18,694 nt of DNA from Candidatus Iainarchaeum sp. (GTDB lineage Archaea > Iainarchaeota > Iainarchaeia > Iainarchaeales > JAZDFD01). Numbering within the stretch: position 1 is the stretch's first letter; every line of letters begins with the position of its first letter. The stretch covers positions 1 to 18,694 of the forward strand of contig JAZDFD010000021.1 in assembly GCA_043808155.1 (NCBI GenBank), read 5' to 3'. The position numbers were made by a program, and so were the translations under genes. Shown in pieces: positions 7,989 through 15,641 of the stretch. Below the pieces are notes generated by a model. That model was not told the origin of the DNA, made no database searches, and saw nothing but the letters and a program-made list of their open reading frames with translations.

Positions 7989-10129
7989 ACAACGATAACG
8001 TCAGTAGTCATATTACCTTTGATAATCACTAAATCATCTTCACTGTAAATCTCTATCGTTTGACCTGGAGCAATAAATCTACTAGCTGGAGAATCGTCTA
8101 TGTTATATGGAGGTCCTACAACAACTGTTGAATCTGACCGCGGGTTTCTATAGATTTCCGGATCTGCATAAACTTTACCTTCTTTATTTATGAGTTTAAG
8201 ATTATCAAAGCCCCCACTCCATTCATTCCATTTTTCTTGCTCCGATATATTTAACTCTGGAAAACTTACGTCTGCTTGGTCTGCAATAAATACCATCATA
8301 ATATCCTGAATTTTAATCATGCTTTGAATGTCAAAAAGTATATCAAATGCAAGGTTTTCTCTATCAAAAGAAGCAGAAGTTACAATTGAATATTCCGTTC
8401 CCTCTCGAATATACTCAGGCAAGCGGAAGGTTGTGGAATCTTTTTCTTTGCTTACTACGCTGGCGATTTCAATTACAAAATCCTTTAAGAGTTCAGGCGT
8501 TCCCGTAAACAAGTCTTGGTACGCAGTTTCAAGAGTATCTACGTCTTCCGGGTCAAATAAATTAATAGCAATTGCATCACTCAACGGATTGCACCCGGAT
8601 TTATAATGCGCAAAGAAAAAGTATATTTCCCCATGGAAAAGTTGTTTAATCTCCGGTATAACTGTGTCAATCTTTTCAAGCGGAAACTCACTTATACCAG
8701 TTCCCTTGTATAGGATTCCGCCTCCTATTTCAGAAGTAACGTCATAAACTGAAATTGCTTTTGCTTTTTCGAGTTCGCTAAGGAAAGCTTCATCTTTTTT
8801 TAACTTATCCCAGTCCCATAAATCTAATACTTTGATGTCTTCTGATTCATACCCTTCTTGTTTCGCTATAATTTTACTAATACATATCTCCATGATATCC
8901 CGCCCATATGCGTATTTGTTAGCAAGGTCAGTCTCTTTTTTGTATTCTGTGAAAATCTCTTCCGCTTGTTTGATAGCACTAGTTTCACCAACCAATTCTT
9001 TTGCATGCTCTATAACCAAATTTAATATCTCTGTATTGTAAGACAGGGAAACATCCATCACTCTATCATTAAGCGGATCATAAGCCCATACGGAATGCAG
9101 CCAATTTTTTTGTTCTGGACTTTCTTCTAACGCTCCAGTTGAATCCACCATAATCCATTCTCCATTTACATAAGCTTCTGTCCAAGCATGCCCTCCTGGT
9201 CTAGAAGCAGAACTACCAGCAACCTCTCTTGCAGGTATTCCAGATGCCCTGCAAAGAGCAGTAATTACAGTAGCCCAATAATCGCAATGGGTTGGAACTT
9301 CTTTTCTTTCTAGTATCGCTTTTACTGTGTCATCTCCTATTTCATAACCAGCAGTCCACTCGATTTCAATATTTTCCCTAACCCATGAAACAATTTTCTC
9401 AATCGATTCCTTCTCCCCGGAACTTCCTTCGGTTATGCTATCAGCCAAGGGAATAACTTCTTCTACAAAGTACTCCATATCCATAGCATAAATTTTGCTT
9501 AAAGCTATGTCTGGTTCAATTGTATTAGTCACTAGATAAGCTAAAACTTCTTCATCAACCTGGTGCAAATCAGTTTTCGATTTGAAAATCTCAAAAAGTG
9601 CTTTAATATATTTTATTTCTGAATCAGTAAACTTCGTTGTCCCTTCCTCGTTATAGCACACGCGGGAGCCATCTTCCTGTATGCAACGATCTGATAATCC
9701 ACCAGAAGAGTGTAAATCCAAAACAACCTGTTCAAATTTAGGGTAGTCCTTTATCTCAGGGATCTTTTCCTCTAACGCGTCTTTGGGGTTTGGACAATCC
9801 TGCGGACAAGTTAAATACGTTTCTTCAGGATAGTCAGGTCTAAAACAGCCTTCAGGGGTTTCAACGCAATCAAGACAGTCGTCTGGACAAATTTGAAATT
9901 GACCATATCTTACTGGTATATTTCTTCCAGGTTCGCATTCCCCATTTCCACAGCTTAAATATGTTTCTCCTACCCCACTATCTTGAGAAGTTTCTGGTAC
10001 CGCGGACATTTCAGGGACTTCTTCATCATTTACAGGCGGAACTTCCTCCTGAACGCACCCGCTAATAAAAACAACTGAAACAATTGCCAGCAATAAAATT
10101 CCAAAAACTAATTTTTTATTTTCCATCAT
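7982..10129 (-). CDS. Transglutaminase-like domain lipoprotein, paralogue C (715 aa, intact triad)
   Basis: Lipobox ISGC; motifs HCDYWATVITALCRASGIPAREVAG, GHAWTEAY and WIMVDST. Confidence 0.9.
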   Translation of the reverse strand: MMENKKLVFGILLLAIVSVVFISGCVQEEVPPVNDEEVPEMSAVPETSQDSGVGETYLSCGNGECEPGRNIPVRYGQFQICPDDCLDCVETPEGCFRPDYPEETYLTCPQDCPNPKDALEEKIPEIKDYPKFEQVVLDLHSSGGLSDRCIQEDGSRVCYNEEGTTKFTDSEIKYIKALFEIFKSKTDLHQVDEEVLAYLVTNTIEPDIALSKIYAMDMEYFVEEVIPLADSITEGSSGEKESIEKIVSWVRENIEIEWTAGYEIGDDTVKAILERKEVPTHCDYWATVITALCRASGIPAREVAGSSASRPGGHAWTEAYVNGEWIMVDSTGALEESPEQKNWLHSVWAYDPLNDRVMDVSLSYNTEILNLVIEHAKELVGETSAIKQAEEIFTEYKKETDLANKYAYGRDIMEICISKIIAKQEGYESEDIKVLDLWDWDKLKKDEAFLSELEKAKAISVYDVTSEIGGGILYKGTGISEFPLEKIDTVIPEIKQLFHGEIYFFFAHYKSGCNPLSDAIAINLFDPEDVDTLETAYQDLFTGTPELLKDFVIEIASVVSKEKDSTTFRLPEYIREGTEYSIVTSASFDRENLAFDILFDIQSMIKIQDIMMVFIADQADVSFPELNISEQEKWNEWSGGFDNLKLINKEGKVYADPEIYRNPRSDSTVVVGPPYNIDDSPASRFIAPGQTIEIYSEDDLVIIKGNMTTDVIVVS

Positions 10130-10137
10130 AATTCATC
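10047..10137 (-). repeat. Signal-peptide cassette copy ahead of paralogue C
   Basis: GATGAATTATGATGGAAAATAAAAAATTAGTTTTTGGAATTTTATTGCTGGCAATTGTTTCAG... is nearly identical to the paralogue B leader; sequence further upstream differs. Confidence 0.85.
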
Positions 10138-10150
10138 CACAAATATAAGA

Positions 10151-12160
10151 TTATTCTTCCAAATGCATTTCACCCTGAATTATTATGTAGTCGCCTTCCT
10201 TTCGTATATCCAGTGTTTGGTTAAACAAAATCTTCAATTCAACACAGCTTTCATAGTAACCGTCACTTTTTGGTTCTAATACTGTCTCTCCTTTTTCATT
10301 TACGAATTTAATGTATCTGAAATTCTCGTTAGAAATATCTGTTTTAAATATAAACAATATTCCTTTTATTTCTTCACTGCCTACTATGTACGGCCTATAT
10401 TCGAATCCTTCCTCTCTTATAGTCCATACAGACGAAAGAAAAGTATTATAACCAACAGCCGGAAGTGAAAAATCAGTTTCAGATAATTCGCCTTCTTCAA
10501 TATTTTTAAGAGCTTCTACAAACAAATCCAACACACTACTTAATTCGCTATTCTGTTTAAAATTATCGCGAATTTTAGACAGTTGATTTATATCATTAGA
10601 ATCAAGCAGTACGGCGCCACTAAAATCATCTTTAATTACTATGACGTCGATTTTTTTGTTTAATTCCAATAATTCTCTGAAGAAACTTGAAGTACTTTCC
10701 ATTTTATAATGGCTTTCTAATCCGATAATCACTATTTCGTTTTCAGGGAACAAATTAGCTATGTTTTGCTCACTAGCGGATGTTACTCCAAAAGGAACAT
10801 CCACATCGAGCCAGGTGTAAACAGGTTTTTTCTCTCCAAATATTGCTGCAACAGAATTTTCAAAGGCTATTCTGCCGAATTCTTCCCTCTCCTTCCATAT
10901 TCTTGTTGCCTTCCACTTTGAAATGTAATCCAATGTAGTGTTTTTGAATTCATTGTCTTCAGCCAAAGTTAACAAAGCTTCAGTGAATTTAGCAGTATAT
11001 TTATACCCAATAAAACTTTTAGGCGCAGATGTAAGGGCTACACATTCAAGCAATTGTGTTTTACTCAAATCATAGGTAATCGCAACATCTAATACCATAT
11101 CTTCCTGAAAATCAACTTTCTTGTCTTTATCGTGATCCAATGCCCCTGTTGAGGGGATAGGGATCCATTGATTATTCGAATAAATTTCAGCCCATTTGTG
11201 AGATGCTTGTGCTGAATCCACTATTCTTGTAGGAATACCAATGGACCTTAATAACGCTGTTATTAAATAAGTTTTTTCTTCACATTGACCTGTTTTATAC
11301 TGCCAGATTGTTTCAACCTCATCTAAAGAACGAGCTGAAGTATATTCACTAATTCTTTCCGTTCCTGTGATATACTCATTTACGAAATCATAAATATTTT
11401 CTGCAGTGCTTAAATCATTTCCGCCCTTTAAACTCAATGCTTTTTCGCGCAGAGTATCAGAAAAAAAGTTAAAGTCGTAGTAAGTTGTATCCCCCGAGCT
11501 CCAGGATGCGAAATAATAGAGTACATCTCTTGGATAATCTTTTAAGTTTGGGTTTTCTTTATAAATTTCCAAAAATAGTTTCATAAATTCTATTTCTTCT
11601 TCAGTAAAAAATCCGCTTTTGCATTCTGAGTAATTAAAACCCACCATAGTTACAAATTTGAACGGCACATACAAATCAATGAAAACCTCCTCTAGTTTTG
11701 GATAGTCCTTTATTTCAGGAATTATTTCTTCTAACACTTCTTTGGGGTTTTGACAATCCTGCGGACAGGTTGAATATGTTTCTACAATTAGATATGTTTC
11801 TTCAGTTTCACATATGCCATCTCCGCAGCAGGGAACCATTAGCTCATTCACACACTTCTGCCGTTCATAATCAAATGAATCTCTCGTACATTCGTCATTA
11901 TCATTGCAATTAGGGCATTCTGGACATTCCGGATAACTTTCACTAATCTCACATATTTCATTTCCACAGCAGAGAGTTATTTCAGAATAAGAACACTCGT
12001 AATTAACACAATCTTTTGCTAAACAAAGCTCATTTGGACAATCTTCTAAAACTTCACATTCGTTTATTTCTGCAGGCGTAACTTTTTCCTGAACACAGCC
12101 GCTAATAAAAATAGTTACAACAATTGCCAAAAGCATAATTCCAAAAACCAACTTTTTCAT
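10151..12160 (-). CDS. Transglutaminase-like domain lipoprotein, divergent paralogue D (669 aa, catalytic Asp position is Pro); first gene of the operon
   Basis: Lipobox ISGC and a Cys-rich N-terminus close to paralogue B. Motifs GQCEEKTYLITALLRSIGIPTRIV, SHKWAEIY and WIPIPST. Distant C-terminal similarity to A-C (KFVNEKG, QTLDIRKEGDYIIIQG). Confidence 0.88.
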   Translation of the reverse strand: MKKLVFGIMLLAIVVTIFISGCVQEKVTPAEINECEVLEDCPNELCLAKDCVNYECSYSEITLCCGNEICEISESYPECPECPNCNDNDECTRDSFDYERQKCVNELMVPCCGDGICETEETYLIVETYSTCPQDCQNPKEVLEEIIPEIKDYPKLEEVFIDLYVPFKFVTMVGFNYSECKSGFFTEEEIEFMKLFLEIYKENPNLKDYPRDVLYYFASWSSGDTTYYDFNFFSDTLREKALSLKGGNDLSTAENIYDFVNEYITGTERISEYTSARSLDEVETIWQYKTGQCEEKTYLITALLRSIGIPTRIVDSAQASHKWAEIYSNNQWIPIPSTGALDHDKDKKVDFQEDMVLDVAITYDLSKTQLLECVALTSAPKSFIGYKYTAKFTEALLTLAEDNEFKNTTLDYISKWKATRIWKEREEFGRIAFENSVAAIFGEKKPVYTWLDVDVPFGVTSASEQNIANLFPENEIVIIGLESHYKMESTSSFFRELLELNKKIDVIVIKDDFSGAVLLDSNDINQLSKIRDNFKQNSELSSVLDLFVEALKNIEEGELSETDFSLPAVGYNTFLSSVWTIREEGFEYRPYIVGSEEIKGILFIFKTDISNENFRYIKFVNEKGETVLEPKSDGYYESCVELKILFNQTLDIRKEGDYIIIQGEMHLEE

Positions 12161-12284
12161 GCTTTTATATAGGAAAAACTACTATTTTAGCCTTTGTATT
12201 TGTGGCATACTTGGAGATACGCGCAAAATCGCAGACAAATTGAATTTTAAAAAATTAGACAAAACTCCAGTTAAATTCACAGAA

Positions 12285-12617
12285 TTAGTTTTTGATTATT
12301 GAACAAACCTGTCCGATTATTTTTTCTATTTTTGTTTGTTTCAGCGAACCTATTTTGTATTCAATTGTTGAGTTATCTGCTGTGAATATTTTGTTTGGTC
12401 TGATGTTGCTGTCCTGTTTTAGCAGTCCTTTTTCAAAATCGTTTTCCAGTAAAGGAATTGCATAGTTGTCTTTGGTGTTTTTACTGGTTATTTGGCAAAG
12501 AATTAAGTCGTCGCCTTGTGGTTTTGCTAGCACAAATGCAGGTCTTCGCTTGGATTGACTTAGGTCAGAGAATGGAAAAGAGATTACTACAACATCTCCT
12601 TTTACAAATCTTTCCAT
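12285..12617 (-). CDS. mazF: Type II toxin, PemK/MazF family endoribonuclease
   Basis: KGDVVVISFPFSDLSQSKRRPAFVL, ILCQITS and SNIRPNKIFT are typical PemK/MazF motifs. Overlaps the antitoxin 3' end by 16 bp. Confidence 0.93.
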   Translation of the reverse strand: MERFVKGDVVVISFPFSDLSQSKRRPAFVLAKPQGDDLILCQITSKNTKDNYAIPLLENDFEKGLLKQDSNIRPNKIFTADNSTIEYKIGSLKQTKIEKIIGQVCSIIKN

Positions 12618-12859
12618 GCTTTTTCCTCTTCTTTTGACAGCCAGTCTTTTGCAAGAGATTTTTCTGAAGCTAATAAAGTGAATTTTTTTTCATTTGGTTC
12701 TTTGTCTATCAAAGAATCTACTTTACTCAAAGTTATTTTATCTTCTTTTTGAATTAGAAGGAGTTTGCTGCCTTGGTGGATGTGTAATTGTTCCCTGATG
12801 TTTTTTGGCAAGACTACCTGCCCTTTCTTGCTCACGGTAATGATTTCGACTTCGCTCAT
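12602..12859 (-). CDS. AbrB/MazE/SpoVT family antitoxin (85 aa; start moved to MSEVEII)
   Basis: ITVSKKGQVVLPKNIREQLHIHQGSKL is the AbrB swapped-hairpin signature. The C-tail ASEKSLAKDWLSKEEEKAWKDL resembles MazF-neutralising tails. The longer 12925 start would overlap guaA and run through the TATA box. Confidence 0.9.
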   Translation of the reverse strand: MSEVEIITVSKKGQVVLPKNIREQLHIHQGSKLLLIQKEDKITLSKVDSLIDKEPNEKKFTLLASEKSLAKDWLSKEEEKAWKDL

Positions 12860-12881
12860 AATATATCTACAAGACAAACAA

Positions 12882-12914
12882 TTTATAAAAGTAAGCCCAA
12901 ACTTACTTGTAAGT
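12882..12914 (-). promoter_or_regulatory. TATA box and palindromic operator of the TA operon
   Basis: TTTATAAA at 12882-12889, 23-30 nt upstream of the ATG at 12859. Adjacent overlapping inverted repeats AAGTAAG-N6-CTTACTT (12889-12908) and ACTTAC-TT-GTAAGT (12901-12914). Confidence 0.72.
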
Positions 12915-12915
12915 C

Positions 12916-14718
12916 TCACTCCCACTCAATTGTAGCTGGCGGCTTGTTAGTAACATCGTAAAAAACAGCTGAAACATTAAGCTTCATTATTTTTTCAGCA
13001 AGTTCCTCAAGCACTTTTTCATCCATCTTGTAAAAACTCACAGTCATTGCCTCTTTGCTTTCCACAGGTCGCAGGACAATGCTCTCTTTTCCTTTTGTGC
13101 CAACTGGCAACAGAACTGTAGGAAATTGCCAAATTTCCTGCATTAAATTTCTTTTTTGGATTGTCTGCATTGCAATTGCATCTGCTTCTCGCAATAAATC
13201 CATTCTTTTTTTGTTCAAGTCTGCGTGAATGAGTGTCATTTCTTTAATTTCACTAGGTTTTACAAGTAACATAACCCTGTTAATTTCTTTAAGCGAATTT
13301 GTAAGCGCAGTTGAAATTTTTTCAATTGTTTCCCAGTCAGCGCTCCCTGAAATTACAATTGGATGTCTGTATGTTCGTAAATCACCCTGTACACCCACAC
13401 TTTTTAGGGGGAGCACTTTAACATTCATTTTACAGCCAAACTTTGCAATTATTTTCTTTGCTTTTTCCTCAACATTCTCAAAATCAGTTTCTTTTGTTTT
13501 CCCATCATAACAAAGTGCACGAATTGCCAAACCAGGACCTGGGAACGGATGCCTCCAAACTAATTCATTCGGAAGTCCTAATTTTTCACCTAACTCACGC
13601 ACTTCATCTTTGTACAATTGTGAAAGCGGTTCAATCACTTTGCCCTCTGCAATCATTTTCTGAACAAGTTCAACTCTGTTGTGGTGTGTTTTAATTCTGT
13701 CTGCGTGTTTCGTACCTGCGCTTTCAATCGTATCAGGATAAATTGTACCTTGTGCGAGTATCCATTCATCTTCACTGAAACCAAGTTTTTCTAATTCCTT
13801 TTCTTTAACTTCAATAAACAAATCGCCTATAATTTTTCTTTTTTCTTCAGGGTCAATAACGCCTTTTAATTTTTCAAAATACTCTTCACTTGCATCAACA
13901 ACATGAAAATCAGAAAAACCCATTTTTTTTAAACCTGTTTTCACTTCTGCAATTTCATTCTTGCGCATAAACCCCGTATCAACATGTAAAGCGTAAATTC
14001 TTTCTTTTCCAATTGCTTTATTCACAAGTGCTAATGCAACAGTAGAATCAACTCCGCCAGAAGCAAGCAAAAATACTTTTTTATTTCCAACTTTTTTCTT
14101 AATTTCAGCAACCTGTTCTTCAATATAATTTTCCATGCTCCAGTTTTTTTTGCATTTGCAAATCTTAAAAACAAAATTCTCAAATATTTTCATTCCATTT
14201 GGAGTGTGTGTAACTTCAGGATGGAACTGCAGTCCATAAAAATTTCTTTTGAAATCTGCCATTGCTGCAGTGTTGCATACCCCACTAGTGGCGATTAGCT
14301 CAAAGTTTTTTGGAAGTTTGCCGACCTTATCATGGTGTGACATCCAAATGATTTCTTTGTCATTTAAACCCTCCAAAATCCATTTTTTATTTTTGACTTC
14401 TAATTCTGCTGTTCCAAATTCTTTCACATCTTGCTTCTCAACGCTCCCGCCCAAATCACGCGCAAACATCTGGTGGCCATAGCAGATTCCCAAAATCGGG
14501 ATTCCGAGATTATAAATTTCCCTGTTGAATTTAATGGAAGTGTCGCAGATTGATGCAGGACTCCCGCTCAGAATAATCCCCTTGGCTTTTTTGAATTTCT
14601 CAGTTTCAGAATCAGGATCAAGGATTTCAGAGTAAACTCCAAGCTCACGCACCCGTCTTGCTATAAGGTGTGCGTATTGCCCACCCAAATCAACAACTAA
14701 TATTTTATTCTCCTGCAT
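12916..14718 (-). CDS. guaA: GMP synthase (glutamine-hydrolysing), fused GATase + ATP-pyrophosphatase, about 600 aa
   Basis: ILVVDLGGQYAHLIARRVRE, GICYGHQ (catalytic Cys), QFHPEV (His/Glu), PP-loop SGGVDSTV, IKTHHN, RHPFPGPGL and C-terminal YDVTNKPPATIEWE. Start set at MQENKI (14718), because the longer start overlaps the divergent gene and its promoter. Confidence 0.97.
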   Translation of the reverse strand: MQENKILVVDLGGQYAHLIARRVRELGVYSEILDPDSETEKFKKAKGIILSGSPASICDTSIKFNREIYNLGIPILGICYGHQMFARDLGGSVEKQDVKEFGTAELEVKNKKWILEGLNDKEIIWMSHHDKVGKLPKNFELIATSGVCNTAAMADFKRNFYGLQFHPEVTHTPNGMKIFENFVFKICKCKKNWSMENYIEEQVAEIKKKVGNKKVFLLASGGVDSTVALALVNKAIGKERIYALHVDTGFMRKNEIAEVKTGLKKMGFSDFHVVDASEEYFEKLKGVIDPEEKRKIIGDLFIEVKEKELEKLGFSEDEWILAQGTIYPDTIESAGTKHADRIKTHHNRVELVQKMIAEGKVIEPLSQLYKDEVRELGEKLGLPNELVWRHPFPGPGLAIRALCYDGKTKETDFENVEEKAKKIIAKFGCKMNVKVLPLKSVGVQGDLRTYRHPIVISGSADWETIEKISTALTNSLKEINRVMLLVKPSEIKEMTLIHADLNKKRMDLLREADAIAMQTIQKRNLMQEIWQFPTVLLPVGTKGKESIVLRPVESKEAMTVSFYKMDEKVLEELAEKIMKLNVSAVFYDVTNKPPATIEWE

Positions 14719-14730
14719 ATAAAACAAAGC

Positions 14731-14750
14731 AACGAAAGATTTTAATAACT
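14731..14750. promoter_or_regulatory. Putative bidirectional TATA box between guaA and the divergent ORF
   Basis: TTTAATAA at 14741-14748 lies 23-30 nt from the guaA ATG (14718) and 22-29 nt from the ATG at 14770. A BRE-like CGAAAG precedes it on the plus strand. Confidence 0.55.
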
Positions 14751-14769
14751 TGGATGTCATGTTTTTATT

Positions 14770-15441
14770 ATGCACGAGATACGCAGGGAAAAACAGCCAC
14801 TCAATTTACATAAAAAACCTGGTCGTATTAGTGCCTATCTGTGGGAAGAACACATAAAACAAGAAAGAATTTATTTGAAAACAAGGGAAGCGGCATTTAA
14901 AAAAATGTTTTTTACCCGTGTGAATGAAGCAAGAAAAGTATTAGTAGACTCAAAAGCAGATTCTATGTTTAAAGAGCAAGTTGCATTAAAACATCTTAAA
15001 GAAGCAAAAGCAACATTAGATGAAATATATACTAAACGAAATTTTAATGATCATTTAAATACATGGGCTTCTCCACATGACCCACGAGTGAAAGAAGCTT
15101 TAACAAAAGAAATTGATGCATTAAGAAATCAGTTATTTTTTATTGACAGATTTGCAAAACCAGGTGAAAAAATTGCAAAATCTGCAATGACTGCATTTGC
15201 GCATGATGGCAAAAGAATGGAAGCGCAAAGTTTGATGTTCAGGGCAATTAAAGAAGTTGAAAAGCAGTTAACTAGATTGGAAGAAGAACATGAACTAATG
15301 CCTGAAAAACAAAGAGAATTAAATAAAGAACAGATGCAGGATGAGCACGCATACTTGGAAGCCGTACTGGATGAATACGAATCTCTTTTAGAGCAAATAC
15401 AATTAAGCATGACTCAAGATGAAGAAGGAATCGCGCAGTAA
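14770..15441 (+). CDS. Hypothetical protein, charged, alpha-helical/coiled-coil (223 aa)
   Basis: Long ORF filling the gap, E/K/R/L-rich with heptad-like C-terminus and a TATA box at the expected distance. No family recognised. Confidence 0.8.
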   Translation: MHEIRREKQPLNLHKKPGRISAYLWEEHIKQERIYLKTREAAFKKMFFTRVNEARKVLVDSKADSMFKEQVALKHLKEAKATLDEIYTKRNFNDHLNTWASPHDPRVKEALTKEIDALRNQLFFIDRFAKPGEKIAKSAMTAFAHDGKRMEAQSLMFRAIKEVEKQLTRLEEEHELMPEKQRELNKEQMQDEHAYLEAVLDEYESLLEQIQLSMTQDEEGIAQ

Positions 15442-15641
15442 CATTTCAAAAAAACTAACTGCTTTTTCATTTACCTCTTATGTTGCAAATTCTTCAGATA
15501 GCTTTTTAAAAAAATACTAAGACTATATTTACGTGTTGGGAGTTGAAAAGAGGTAAGTTATACTGCTTGCAGATCCCTGGCTTGCCTTTTTTCAGCATAA
15601 ACTGATTCTTTGATTTTTAATTTCAATTTTTGATTTTAAAG

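Noticed and set aside
5806-10129. Identical 715 aa length of paralogues B and C
   Set aside because: They carry different indels, so the equal length is most likely coincidence.
3660-10140. CRISPR-like or attC/integron-like array suggested by the recurring junction sequence
   Set aside because: The repeats are about 2.1 kb apart and mostly protein-coding signal peptide. I saw no palindromic attC structure, integrase or cas gene.
3762-11913. Short antisense and alternate-frame ORFs recurring inside the four paralogues
   Set aside because: Shadow ORFs; they recur only because the host genes are duplicated.
3684-12160. Diversity-generating retroelement as the source of paralogue variation
   Set aside because: No reverse transcriptase in the window and no short TR/VR pair. 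Differences involve all bases and indels along whole genes rather than adenine-only changes.
12860-12925. N-terminal extension of the antitoxin in the ORF track
   Set aside because: It overlaps the guaA stop, operator and TATA box; the AbrB fold starts at MSEVEII (12859).
14719-14775. N-terminal extension of GuaA in the ORF track
   Set aside because: It overlaps the divergent gene start and the shared promoter; GATase homology begins at MQENKILVVD.
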